A DNA stretch of 64,000 nt from an uncultured Alphaproteobacteria bacterium (GTDB lineage: Bacteria > Pseudomonadota > Alphaproteobacteria > Rs-D84), in assembly GCA_905233975.1 (NCBI GenBank), contig CAJOGD010000006.1:19609-83608 (forward strand). The letters run 5' to 3'. Numbering within the stretch: the first letter of the stretch is position 1; each line of letters begins with the position of its first letter. The position numbers were made by a program, and so were the translations under genes. This document shows positions 28,497 through 38,820 of this stretch, in pieces. The notes beneath the pieces were generated by a model that ran no database searches, had not been told where the DNA came from, and worked only from the letters and a program-made list of their open reading frames with translations.

Positions 28497-29309
28497 TTAT
28501 AGAGCGTTTTTACATGCGTTTAATTTCTGCTTTTGCCATGCAATTTCATCAGTTCTGAAATCATAAAAATCGTGTAATTGCTTTATCCATTTTTCTTTTT
28601 CTTGGGCCGTTAAATTACGCGGAGTATAATTTTTTACAAATTCTTGCTCTATATGTCGCAATTTTTCAATATCTACATGTGTTTTCATGGGCGACAATTT
28701 TTTATCTACTCGCACCACACAGTTCTGTCTGAATATAATATACGAATTATCACCGCCACATTCTGTAAAATTTTTATAACAAAAACCATCTATGCCAACA
28801 GATTCGAAAAATCTTATCATTCGTTGTAAAAACAAATTTTCAGCATTTGCCTTATCGTGCAAAGATTCATATGATATTTCTTGTTTAATTTTGTCATCGT
28901 CAACCGATTGTGAAATAAAATCGTATTGATAGGGTAATTCTTCTAACGCCGCCGCTTCGCATTTTTTTTGAATATCATCCCATTTATGCAAATTATCTAT
29001 ATCTTCAATAATACTTTTATCTAATAAAAAAGCTAAAATTATTGCCTGCCAATCTTCTACATAATGATTATTCAAATCAGGTATTTCAAAATAATTCCCC
29101 TTTTTAAAATGCACAGGAATTATTTTTGGTTTGTTTATATCTATATTTTTATCGCGTTTCCATTTGCCTTCTTTCAATACAGTTCGAGCAGAAATTTCTG
29201 ACCCAAAATGGGTCAACGGAAAAAAATAATCAAAATCATAGTACGTGCCATGAAAACAAGTTATGGCATCCCCAGATTCATTACACAGAAGAGTATCGTC
29301 ATTTACCAT
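28497..29309 (-). CDS. Hypothetical protein, possible ADP-ribosyltransferase-like fold
   Basis: 'FHGT..DF..F', 'HFG', 'GIDG..Y.N..E...SYIIF'; AT-rich. Confidence 0.5.
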   Translation of the reverse strand: MVNDDTLLCNESGDAITCFHGTYYDFDYFFPLTHFGSEISARTVLKEGKWKRDKNIDINKPKIIPVHFKKGNYFEIPDLNNHYVEDWQAIILAFLLDKSIIEDIDNLHKWDDIQKKCEAAALEELPYQYDFISQSVDDDKIKQEISYESLHDKANAENLFLQRMIRFFESVGIDGFCYKNFTECGGDNSYIIFRQNCVVRVDKKLSPMKTHVDIEKLRHIEQEFVKNYTPRNLTAQEKEKWIKQLHDFYDFRTDEIAWQKQKLNACKNAL

Positions 29310-29350
29310 GATTAGTCATTCTATCATAAAAATGTAATTTTCAACAAAAA

Positions 29351-31543
29351 TCACATAAAATTCTGGGGATTGACGTCGATTTTGATTCTGATGTTTGCCG
29401 GCACATTTACATTCAGCAACCATTTTTTCACAATCGGTTGCAAATATGCGCGCGCGTCACCCGCGATTAAAAATCGCATACGGTAAAATCCGCGGACCTG
29501 GTACATTTGGGCGACAATCGGGCCCATTATGCGTGCGCCGTTCACATTCGGCTTTTGCGCTGCAAGCGTTTCGCAAAAACGTTTTAATAACGCTTCATTT
29601 TTTGATTCAACAATTATCGCAATCAGTTGCCCGAACGGTGGCATTTTCGCCGCGCGGCGAACCGCCATATCGCCACGTAAAAATTCATCACGATTACCCG
29701 CACAAATCGCGGTCAGAACGGAATTTGTTGGTTGATATGTTTGTAATAAAACGCGCCCCGGAACTTTGCCACGCCCGGCGCGACCCGCGACTTGGAATAA
29801 TTGTTGAAAGGTATGTTCCGCCGCGCGAAAATCCGTTCCGAACAGGCCCATATCACTATCGACCACGCCGACCAGTGTCAGGTTCGGGAAATGATGTCCC
29901 TTGGCCAAGATTTGGGTCCCGATAATGATGTCCAATTCGCCGGATTCCATTTTTTCAACGAGTCTTTCCAACGCCCCGCGCGACATCATTGTATCACTGG
30001 ACACCAGGGCGGTTTTTGCACCGGGGAATCGGGTGGCGACCTCCTCTTCTATCTTTTCAAGTCCGGCGCCGCGCATGGAAACCGCGTCACCGCATTCGGG
30101 ACATTTATCGGGCAATGTTTTTATTCGTCCGCAAATGTGGCACAGTAATTTTCCCAACTTTTTATGATATGTCATGCCGACCGAACATTCGGGACACGTC
30201 GCAACCCAACCACACTTTTTACACTGTGTAATCGGGGCAAAGCCACGCCGATTTATGAACAACATAACCTGCCTGTGATTTGTGATTGTTTCGCGAATCG
30301 CATCGCACAGAATCGGCGACAATGCGCCGGCGCGCGTTTCATCGTTTATTTTATATTCCGCCGGTCGATGTTCGCGCAAATCGATTGTTTCAATTTTCGG
30401 CAATTCCGCACCGCCATAGCGCGATTTCAAAACATGATGACCGTATCGCCCGGCTTCCACATTATTCATTGTTTCTTCGGACGGGGTCGCACTGGCCAAT
30501 ACAACGGGGATTTTTTCAAGTTTCGCGCGAAGTATCGCCATATCGCGGCCATGATAATTTCCCATGTCTTCCTGTTTATACGAAGAATCATGTTCTTCAT
30601 CAATTATAATCAGGCCTAAATCTTGCCATGGCAGGAACAGTGCGCTGCGCGTGCCAACAATTATTTTGATTTCGCCGGTCAGAACCCCGCGCCAAATATC
30701 ACGCCGGCGTGCCGCGGTAAGATTACTGTGCCACACAATTGGTGGCGCACCAAAGCGCGATTCGAACCTTTTTATAAATTGCGTGGTAAGCGCGATTTCC
30801 GGCATCATCAATAATACCGACCGCCCCGCACTATACGCGCGCCATACGGAATCAAAATATACCTGGGTTTTACCACTGCCCGTAATACCGTCAATCAGGT
30901 TCACCGAAAATCCACCATGCGTAATATCGCGACCAATGCTGTCGGCGGCGGCACGCTGTTCCGCGTTTAGTTCTATGTTGCCTTTATCGGCATATTCATA
31001 ATTAAAACTTTCAGTGCGGCGGCGCGTTGATACCGGCAACAACATTTCACGCGTAATCATAGTCTTGACCACCGATGGCCCAACGCGCGCGATATTTTGA
31101 ATATCAGTTGCCGACATCGGTTCGTTATTGTTTATCTGAAACGCGTCCAAAACCATTTGGCGATTTTCGGTCATCTTGGCGTTCTTAGAATCAAAATTAT
31201 ATGCGTAAAGTTGTTCGGTTTTGGGCTCATTAAATGCGTCCGGCACATTTAGAATCAACCGCAACACCGCGCCCGGCGCCATCAGTGTCCATTCCGACAT
31301 TCTTTGAATCCACTGTAATGTCGCAACCGGCAATTTATATGGCAAAACCGCACTAACATTCTTTATTTTTTCGGGTGGCAAATCACTATCGCCGACGCCA
31401 AACACAACACCGATATAGGGGCGGTTCATAACACTGCATCGAACAAAAGTGCCAAGTTCCGCGTCATCGCCAAGGCGGTAATCATAACCGTAATTTACGA
31501 CATTCGGGACAAGAACCTTTACAATAGTGCCTTTTTTAAACAT
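29351..31543 (-). CDS. priA: Primosomal protein N'
   Basis: GITGSGKT, DEEHD, NRRGF, Zn-finger CxxC array, QVAGRAGR. Confidence 0.95.
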   Translation of the reverse strand: MFKKGTIVKVLVPNVVNYGYDYRLGDDAELGTFVRCSVMNRPYIGVVFGVGDSDLPPEKIKNVSAVLPYKLPVATLQWIQRMSEWTLMAPGAVLRLILNVPDAFNEPKTEQLYAYNFDSKNAKMTENRQMVLDAFQINNNEPMSATDIQNIARVGPSVVKTMITREMLLPVSTRRRTESFNYEYADKGNIELNAEQRAAADSIGRDITHGGFSVNLIDGITGSGKTQVYFDSVWRAYSAGRSVLLMMPEIALTTQFIKRFESRFGAPPIVWHSNLTAARRRDIWRGVLTGEIKIIVGTRSALFLPWQDLGLIIIDEEHDSSYKQEDMGNYHGRDMAILRAKLEKIPVVLASATPSEETMNNVEAGRYGHHVLKSRYGGAELPKIETIDLREHRPAEYKINDETRAGALSPILCDAIRETITNHRQVMLFINRRGFAPITQCKKCGWVATCPECSVGMTYHKKLGKLLCHICGRIKTLPDKCPECGDAVSMRGAGLEKIEEEVATRFPGAKTALVSSDTMMSRGALERLVEKMESGELDIIIGTQILAKGHHFPNLTLVGVVDSDMGLFGTDFRAAEHTFQQLFQVAGRAGRGKVPGRVLLQTYQPTNSVLTAICAGNRDEFLRGDMAVRRAAKMPPFGQLIAIIVESKNEALLKRFCETLAAQKPNVNGARIMGPIVAQMYQVRGFYRMRFLIAGDARAYLQPIVKKWLLNVNVPANIRIKIDVNPQNFM

Positions 31544-31613
31544 GATGACAAAATACTTGTTTTTTTTATCATTTTCAATATTATTTAGTGGTAATTTAAC
31601 AAGCGAGGAAATT

Positions 31614-32504
31614 ATGTTGATGTATGTTTTTGCGGTCTGTGACTTTCTGTGTCGTTTTATTCCTGTGCGTCGTTGGCGCCTTTATATGCGGCGTGTAAAG
31701 TTGTTCGATTGGTATCGTAAATATAACGCGTTAAAACGGTCTTTCCCAAACCTTGACTTTTATGACGTCAAAATGATAAAGGAAGAATGGAGTATTGGTT
31801 TCATTGTCGAAGGCAAATTCGTATTCAAAGTTGGCAAAACATTGGATACCAAGGTTCCAACAAATGAACTTATTCGTGAAAAGCGTATAACCGACGCACT
31901 GGGGTCGGTCACGCCGGTCCGCATATCTTGCATTCGCGTTATCCAGGCGGGCGAATATTTATTCTATCGGTATCCTTTTATTCCGGGGAAAAATTTGAAC
32001 GCTTTTCCCATTGATAAAATAACCGAAAATCGCGAAAAGTTGGCTCAGCAAATTGCAAAGTTTATCTATAAAACACATAATGCAAAGCCAATCGAAATAA
32101 ATGATCTAAAGGCGGGCGACGGCGATGGTTGGAATCATAACGCGCTGTGCAACGGTGTGATTATCGACCCGGAAACAATGGAAATTTCCGGAATCGTTGG
32201 TTGGGAACACGCCGGTTGGGGCACATTGGAAACGGAATTTACAAACGCGGTTGCCCTGTCCGATATACTGCGTGAATCCGGACTTGGTGCGGCGATTCGT
32301 GATGAATATGCACACATACTTGAACGGGTTGCGGCAAAACAGCAAAAACAAGAAGAAAGAATGAAAGCGCGCGCGGCTGCTGCGGCCGCCGCCGCAGAAG
32401 CAGAGGCACAACAGGCCCAAGCAGAAGCGCAAGAAACATCAGAAGAAGCCCCGCAAGAGGTCCAACAGGAGGTTCAAGAAGTCCCCGAAGACCAACAGGC
32501 CTAG
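31614..32504 (+). CDS. APH/choline-kinase-fold protein with degenerate catalytic motifs
   Basis: 'FVFK', 'YPFIPG', 'HNALCN', 'GIVGWE'; Ala/Glu/Gln-rich tail. Confidence 0.6.
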   Translation: MLMYVFAVCDFLCRFIPVRRWRLYMRRVKLFDWYRKYNALKRSFPNLDFYDVKMIKEEWSIGFIVEGKFVFKVGKTLDTKVPTNELIREKRITDALGSVTPVRISCIRVIQAGEYLFYRYPFIPGKNLNAFPIDKITENREKLAQQIAKFIYKTHNAKPIEINDLKAGDGDGWNHNALCNGVIIDPETMEISGIVGWEHAGWGTLETEFTNAVALSDILRESGLGAAIRDEYAHILERVAAKQQKQEERMKARAAAAAAAAEAEAQQAQAEAQETSEEAPQEVQQEVQEVPEDQQA

Positions 32505-33382
32505 CAACGATTTAAATCGTCATCATTTGGAATATTATTAATTGTAATATCGGCATTGAACTGTGTTTTAAACCATGTTCTTTGCCGTTTTGCATATTGG
32601 TTTGTTTTTGTTATCCATTCATTAATCGCCATATCGCGCGTTATCTTTCCGGTTATATAATCACACAACTGTGCCGCACCAATGGCGCGATTCGGATTCA
32701 GGTTATTGTCAACTATATATTGCGCCTCCGCCATGGCGCCCCCAGACAGCATCATTGGAATTCGCGCGGCGATACGTTCATGCAATATGTCCAGTGGCGG
32801 ATTTATTAAAATCCGTCGTGGCGTTGGTAAAATTGCGCCAACACGTGGTTCATTCCACCATTCGGTTATATGGCGGCCGGTTTGCAAAAAAACCTCTAGT
32901 GCGCGGGCCACGCGTTGCGAATCCGTTGCGCCGGTATTCGCAACCATCGCACGTGCCGCATCCAAATTTTTTGATACAATTTCACGTGCGCGCGCACGAA
33001 TTTCCGGCGATATTTCGGGAATTTCCGCAATTCCGTTCACAATTCCATTTATGTAATATCCCGTTCCGCCGACAAAAATCGGCACCAGGCCACTTGCGCA
33101 CGCCGCATCATATTCGCGCCGGGCAAGTTTGATATAGTCGGCCACACTGATTTGTTCGGCAAGCGTCAAAATAGAAAACAACCGATACGGCACGCCGTCT
33201 ATTTCGTCCGCGAGGGTGCGACCGGCAAATGGACTTGCCGATATATTTTCAATACCGCGATAAATTTGCACACTGTCGCAATTTATGATTGCGCCACGAA
33301 CGGCACGTGCCAATTTATGTGCAAAATCAGACTTACCCGAAGCGGTTGGACCGGCGATAATATATGCGCTTGCTGTATTCAT
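32501..33382 (-). CDS. miaA: tRNA dimethylallyltransferase
   Basis: GPTASGKS, DSVQIY, VGGTGYY, YAKRQRTW. Confidence 0.95.
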   Translation of the reverse strand: MNTASAYIIAGPTASGKSDFAHKLARAVRGAIINCDSVQIYRGIENISASPFAGRTLADEIDGVPYRLFSILTLAEQISVADYIKLARREYDAACASGLVPIFVGGTGYYINGIVNGIAEIPEISPEIRARAREIVSKNLDAARAMVANTGATDSQRVARALEVFLQTGRHITEWWNEPRVGAILPTPRRILINPPLDILHERIAARIPMMLSGGAMAEAQYIVDNNLNPNRAIGAAQLCDYITGKITRDMAINEWITKTNQYAKRQRTWFKTQFNADITINNIPNDDDLNRC

Positions 33383-33498
33383 GTATTGGATTATACCGCA
33401 CAATCCGACAAATTCAAGCCCACCCAAAAATCAGATTGGATTTTTCGTTAAATGGTGCTATGATACCTTGGCATAAACAAAACAAAGGAAGGTATATT

Positions 33499-34497
33499 AT
33501 GTCAAAAGTAAAAGTTGCAATTAATGGATTTGGCCGTATTGGGCGTTTGGTTCTGCGCGCGGCATTGGAATCTGGACGTGATGATATTGAATTTGTCGCG
33601 GTAAATGATTTGGCGCCGGCGGAACAAAATGCATATTTGTTGCAGTATGATTCTGTGCATGGCAAATTGCCGATGGACGTGAAATTGGAAGGCGACACAA
33701 TCATTGTCGGCAAACATCACATTAAATGTATCGCTGAAAAGGACCCAACAAAGTTGCCCTGGGCCGAATTGGGCGTTGATATTGTTATGGAATGTACGGG
33801 ATTATTCACAGCGGCGGACAAGGCGCACGTGCATATCGATTGTGGTGCCCGGCGCGTTTTGGTTTCGGCACCGTCTGCGGGCGCGGATAAAACGATTGTC
33901 TTTGGCGTGAATCAAGATACATTGACCAAAGATGACATCATCGTTTCAAATGCGTCCTGTACAACAAACTGTCTTGCCCCGGTGGCACAGGTTTTGGACG
34001 AACAGTTTGGAATCGTATCGGGCTGGATGACGACGGTTCATGCATACACCGGCGACCAACAATTGTTGGATAAAAATCACAAAGATTTCCGTCGGGCGCG
34101 TGCGGCGGCGCTTTCCATGATTCCGACCAGCACCGGTGCCGCCAAGGCGATTGGATTGGTGCTGCCGAATTTGGCCGGCAAATTAGATGGTATCGCAATT
34201 CGTGTTCCAACACCGGATGTGTCGGTTGTGGAATTGGTTGTGAATTTGAACAAAGATGTCACCGCGGAACAAGTGAACGACGCAATGCACGCGGCGGAAT
34301 CCAAGACATTTGGTTATAACGAATTGCCATTGGTATCGATTGACTTTACGCACGACGCGCACAGTTCAATCTTTGATTCAACGCAAACACGTGTGTTGGG
34401 CGACCGGTTGGTTCATGTGACCGCATGGTATGACAACGAATGGGGCTTTTCAAACCGCATGAGTGATACCGCCGTCGCGATGGGCAAATTGTTATAA
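33499..34497 (+). CDS. gap: Glyceraldehyde-3-phosphate dehydrogenase
   Basis: INGFGRIGR, ASCTTNC, WYDNEWG. Confidence 0.97.
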   Translation: MSKVKVAINGFGRIGRLVLRAALESGRDDIEFVAVNDLAPAEQNAYLLQYDSVHGKLPMDVKLEGDTIIVGKHHIKCIAEKDPTKLPWAELGVDIVMECTGLFTAADKAHVHIDCGARRVLVSAPSAGADKTIVFGVNQDTLTKDDIIVSNASCTTNCLAPVAQVLDEQFGIVSGWMTTVHAYTGDQQLLDKNHKDFRRARAAALSMIPTSTGAAKAIGLVLPNLAGKLDGIAIRVPTPDVSVVELVVNLNKDVTAEQVNDAMHAAESKTFGYNELPLVSIDFTHDAHSSIFDSTQTRVLGDRLVHVTAWYDNEWGFSNRMSDTAVAMGKLL

Positions 34498-34611
34498 AAC
34501 ATCAAGAACTTTGAAACCGCCGCAACCTGTGGCGGTTTTTTTGGTTCTCTGAAAAACATTGAAATAACGCGTAATTGTGTTAACATCTTCGTCACAAAAG
34601 GATCATGATTT

Positions 34612-35121
34612 ATGAATAATAAAAAAGCAAAAAAATTATTGCGCAGTGGTTCGATATATAACGATATAGATTTTTCATCGTGTCCAAAAGGAGAAATCAA
34701 ACCTGCGGTTCAGGCGGCGTACAAAAAGCGGTTGATGGATTATATAAAGTGTTCTTCTCTTAATTATACGCGGAATTCTGTGTATGATAATGCAACCCAA
34801 TGCGGTCTTGTTGCAAAGTTGAATGCGGAACAAAAAGCGTTATTGAAGAAAATATCACGCAATACCGAAATACAACGCATTTGCTTTGTGACAAACAGAT
34901 GTTTGGGACTCATGATGGCGACATTGGCCATCGGCACTATGGCGTGCCAGTTCCTGGCCCCCGACAACCTGTATAAAACAATTCAAATACCAGAAATACA
35001 AATATTTATTGCGGTTGCATTATCTGTTATACCCGGCATATTGATTGATGAATTTGAATCAGAAAAAACACAAAAATGTGTCAACAGAATCGCCGAAATC
35101 GGATTTGGAAAGCGCAAATAA
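34612..35121 (+). CDS. Hypothetical membrane protein
   Basis: 169 aa with two C-terminal TM segments, flanked by terminators. Confidence 0.6.
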   Translation: MNNKKAKKLLRSGSIYNDIDFSSCPKGEIKPAVQAAYKKRLMDYIKCSSLNYTRNSVYDNATQCGLVAKLNAEQKALLKKISRNTEIQRICFVTNRCLGLMMATLAIGTMACQFLAPDNLYKTIQIPEIQIFIAVALSVIPGILIDEFESEKTQKCVNRIAEIGFGKRK

Positions 35122-35175
35122 AGGTGAATTAAACTGCCGCAAATCGCGGCGGTTTTTGTTAAGAATTTTTTGAAA

Positions 35176-36450
35176 TTATTTTTCTTTTACCCTGGATATT
35201 TTCGCATCAACGTTTGATAATTTACCGACCAAATCCACATATCCACGCTCTAAATGGTATAGATGCCTAACAAAAGTGTCGCCTTGGGCCGCCAGCCCCA
35301 TCAGGACCAATGCGAAACCAGCCCGCAAATCACTGGCCGTCACTATGCAACCGTCCAATTTTTCCACACCCTGAACGACGGCAGAGTTTGGTGTATTTTT
35401 GTCTATGTGTGCGCCCATACGCATCAGTTCTGGGGCATGCATCAAACGATTTTCAAAAATATTTTCTGTAATCGTTGAATCGCCTTTGGCGGTGGTCATC
35501 AATGCCATAAACTGGGCCTGTAAATCCGTCGGAAAGCCCGGATAGCCCGCCGTAATAATATCTTGGCCTTTCAGTTCCCGCCCACGCGCATCAACGACAA
35601 TGGTATTTTGTGTGCTTTGAATATCAACACCACTTTTGTGCAAAATATCTAATGGCAGCCCCAATGTCCCTGCATCCGCATTTTTCAATTCCAATTTGCC
35701 ACGTGTAATCGCCGCCGCAACCGCATAAGACCCTGCCTCTATCCTGTCCGCGATAATTTTGTGGGTTGTGCCGGTTAACTTTTTTACACCCTCTATTTGG
35801 ACCACAGATTCCCCGGCCCCGGATACTTTTGCGCCCATAGAATTTAACATGTTTGCCAAATCGACTATTTCGGGTTCACGCGCCGCATTATTGATGATTG
35901 TTTGGCCGTTCGCCAATGTTGCCGCCATCAAGACATTGCATGTGGCACCCACAGACGGCGTCTTGAAATTTAATTCCGCCCCATGTAATCCATGTTCCGC
36001 ATTTGCAACAATATATCCGTTTTGAATATTTATATCGGCACCCATCTGTTTCAGTGAATCCACGTGCATATCAACCGGGCGCGCCCCAATGACGCACCCG
36101 CCCGGCATAGAAACCGTTGCGGCCCCATTCCTTGCCAACAATGGCCCCAACACATAGTAAGAGGCCCGCATTTGGCGAACCAAATCATACGGTGCGACAC
36201 TGTTTGTGATTACCTGTGTGTGGTATGTATATTTATCGGCATTTTCCATGTCTTTTGCGCAATTTGTCCCAAGATTCGCCAAAATCTTGCCCATAAACTG
36301 TGTATCCGACAACCAGGGTACATTTTCCAATGTGACCGGTTCGTTGGTCAAAAGGGTCGCGCACATTGCCGGCAAAGTCGCATTTTTCGAACCACTAATT
36401 GGGACAATTCCATAAAGTGGGGTGCCACCGGTAATTTTTAACATATCCAT
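35176..36450 (-). CDS. murA: UDP-N-acetylglucosamine 1-carboxyvinyltransferase
   Basis: SGSKNA, PGGCVIGARPVD, YPGFPTDLQ, DLRAG. Confidence 0.97.
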   Translation of the reverse strand: MDMLKITGGTPLYGIVPISGSKNATLPAMCATLLTNEPVTLENVPWLSDTQFMGKILANLGTNCAKDMENADKYTYHTQVITNSVAPYDLVRQMRASYYVLGPLLARNGAATVSMPGGCVIGARPVDMHVDSLKQMGADINIQNGYIVANAEHGLHGAELNFKTPSVGATCNVLMAATLANGQTIINNAAREPEIVDLANMLNSMGAKVSGAGESVVQIEGVKKLTGTTHKIIADRIEAGSYAVAAAITRGKLELKNADAGTLGLPLDILHKSGVDIQSTQNTIVVDARGRELKGQDIITAGYPGFPTDLQAQFMALMTTAKGDSTITENIFENRLMHAPELMRMGAHIDKNTPNSAVVQGVEKLDGCIVTASDLRAGFALVLMGLAAQGDTFVRHLYHLERGYVDLVGKLSNVDAKISRVKEK

Positions 36451-36560
36451 TTAAAATCCTCTTTGAATGGCAGACTACCATAAAAAATCCGAAGTTCAAA
36501 GGTTATTTGTCGTGCCCATAATTGTTGAAAATCATTGACACGACACGTGGATTTTTTCGG

Positions 36561-37559
36561 TTATTTCAACCCCAGCGCAAGTTTGGCGCGGTTCAATGTT
36601 TCCGACGCCACGACACGTGCCTTGGTCGCACCATCGTCCAAAATAGCGTTCAGCACGTCGGTCTGTTTAAATCGCGCATAATTCGCCTGAATCTTGGCCA
36701 ACAATTCGCAAACCGCATCGGCCACCGCACGTTTGAAATCGCCATACCCGACACCCGCAAAGCGTTTTTCGATTGAATCGATACTTTCGCCGGTTGTGGC
36801 GGCAAGAATGCTTATCAAATTCGAAATTCCGGGTTTTGCTTCCTCGTCAAAGCGGACAACTGATTCGCTATCTGTGACGGCGGACATGATCTTTTTACGG
36901 GCCAGTTTCAAATCGTCCCGCAAAAATATCGTTCCCATATTACGTTCATCATCTGATTTATTCATCTTTTCCGATAAATTTTGCAGATTTAAAATTTTGT
37001 TCCCAACCGGCGCGATATAAACATCGGGATCATCGAAAGTCTTGCCGTATCGTTTGTTAAAACGCTGAGACAAATCACGCGTAAGTTCTACGTGCTGTTG
37101 CTGGTCCAACCCAACGGGGACAATAGCGGTATTATACAATAGAATATCAGCGGCCATTAGTGGCGGATACACGAACAATCCGGTTTCAATTCCATGTTTC
37201 CCCATGGATTGCGATTTCAATTTGAACTGTGTCATGCGCGACAATTCGCCCATGTGGGTTTGAAAGGTCATAATAAAACCCAAAACCCCATGTTCCATAA
37301 CGTCGCTTTGCCGGAATATTATCGTTTGTTCCGGGTCAACGCCGCATGCAAGATACATCGCCATACAATCATCGATTGCCGCACGCAAATCTGCCGGATC
37401 ACGTGGCGACGTTATGGCATGCAAATCGGCCACAAAAATATAACTTTTGTATTGTTTTTGACGCGTCACAAAATTCTTGATAGCGCCCAAATAATTGCCC
37501 AGTGTAAGATTTCCACTTGGTCGCACACCGGTTAACATAACCTTTTCTTTGTTATTCAT
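36561..37559 (-). CDS. trpS: Tryptophan--tRNA ligase
   Basis: TGVRPSG.LTLGNY, YPPLMAADIL, VPVGLDQ, KMNKS. Confidence 0.95.
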   Translation of the reverse strand: MNNKEKVMLTGVRPSGNLTLGNYLGAIKNFVTRQKQYKSYIFVADLHAITSPRDPADLRAAIDDCMAMYLACGVDPEQTIIFRQSDVMEHGVLGFIMTFQTHMGELSRMTQFKLKSQSMGKHGIETGLFVYPPLMAADILLYNTAIVPVGLDQQQHVELTRDLSQRFNKRYGKTFDDPDVYIAPVGNKILNLQNLSEKMNKSDDERNMGTIFLRDDLKLARKKIMSAVTDSESVVRFDEEAKPGISNLISILAATTGESIDSIEKRFAGVGYGDFKRAVADAVCELLAKIQANYARFKQTDVLNAILDDGATKARVVASETLNRAKLALGLK

Positions 37560-37633
37560 AAAAAATCCTTTGTTTAATGATTAAACTTAACGGGTTAGAA
37601 AAATATTAAAAGTATAGAAAGTACAGGCTGTGA

Positions 37634-37678
37634 TTACAGCCACCAAGTGAACGAACAAAATGAAATTTGCGTTTTCAT
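37634..37678 (-). promoter_or_regulatory. Trp leader peptide uORF (MKTQISFCSFTWWL), attenuator of trpS
   Basis: 14-codon ORF with tandem TGG TGG overlapping hairpin ggctgt-aatc-acagcc; TTGACT-17-TACAAT promoter 7 nt before the ATG. Confidence 0.75.
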
Positions 37679-37724
37679 GCCAATAATTGTATTGCAAATT
37701 TTTCCAAAAGTCAAGATATGTGGA

Positions 37725-38051
37725 TTAAACGCGCACTATGCCGCCGTTCGTCAGATGGAATATTCCATGCAACACATTGGTTTTGTCGCAACACCATTTT
37801 TGCCACGCTTTGTTACGATCCGGCGAAGTGGCATAACGACCATCTTCCAACATATAATATAAATTTTCACCACTGTTGGTTCCACCCATGGACACACCCC
37901 TAAATACGTCCGCCTTTTTACGGCCATCTTTTGCAAATTCGCCACCAAGGTAATACAGTATTACTAAAAAACCACGTCGTTTAATTAAATAAAATTCACC
38001 TACGTGGAAACGATCCCCAGGACGACGTTTTTGTTGAACCCATTGTGCCAT
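37725..38051 (-). CDS. Hypothetical protein
   Basis: About 108 aa ORF with GGAG RBS. Confidence 0.45.
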   Translation of the reverse strand: MAQWVQQKRRPGDRFHVGEFYLIKRRGFLVILYYLGGEFAKDGRKKADVFRGVSMGGTNSGENLYYMLEDGRYATSPDRNKAWQKWCCDKTNVLHGIFHLTNGGIVRV

Positions 38052-38119
38052 ATCAATACTCCGTATTATATCTCTTTGGAAAAGACTAACACAAGAAAAC
38101 CACTTTGTCAAATTTTCGA

Positions 38120-38818
38120 TTACTTAAACACCACCGAAATCATTTTCTCTAGCGTTTTGCCGTTGGATTTGCCGTCGTATGCGATTTTGCCGTCTTGCAA
38201 AATATACGCATAATCGGTCAGCGGCAACAGTGTTTTCAAATTATGTTCAACAATTACAAACGCGGTGCCGGTGCGTTCTTGCAAATCTTTGATTTTGTGA
38301 AACACATCGTTTATAAGTTTCGGCGACAAACCAATCGACGGTTCGTCCATTAAAATCATCTTTGGTTTGCCAACCAGTCCGCGCGCCAACGCGACCATTT
38401 GCTGTTGCCCGCCCGAGAGTTCGCCCGCCGGGCCCGACAACTTGGCCCGCAAATCCGGAAAATATTTCAAAACATCGTCCAGATATTTCGGGAACAGCGA
38501 CCGATCCACCCAAGAATGTGTCGCCAATTCCAAATTTTCCATAACGGACATTTCTGGGAACACACGATTTTTTTGCGGAATAAAACAAATGCCATTTTTA
38601 ACAAGGCTTTGTGGCGTCGGGCGCATTTTCTTGCCGTCCAAATAAATTTCACCGCCCATTGGTTTAATCACACCAAACGCGGTCTTTAACAGCGTGGATT
38701 TTCCCGCGCCGTTCGCACCCATGATAACCGTTATGCAATTATCACGAAAGACAACCGATATGTCATTCAATATCGCCTTTTTACCATACCCCGCCTTGAT
38801 ATTTTTTAGTTCTAGCAT
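38120..38818 (-). CDS. livF: Branched-chain amino acid ABC transporter ATPase (LivF-like)
   Basis: GANGAGKST, LSGGQQQMVA, DEPSIGLSP. Confidence 0.85.
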   Translation of the reverse strand: MLELKNIKAGYGKKAILNDISVVFRDNCITVIMGANGAGKSTLLKTAFGVIKPMGGEIYLDGKKMRPTPQSLVKNGICFIPQKNRVFPEMSVMENLELATHSWVDRSLFPKYLDDVLKYFPDLRAKLSGPAGELSGGQQQMVALARGLVGKPKMILMDEPSIGLSPKLINDVFHKIKDLQERTGTAFVIVEHNLKTLLPLTDYAYILQDGKIAYDGKSNGKTLEKMISVVFK

Positions 38819-38820
38819 TT

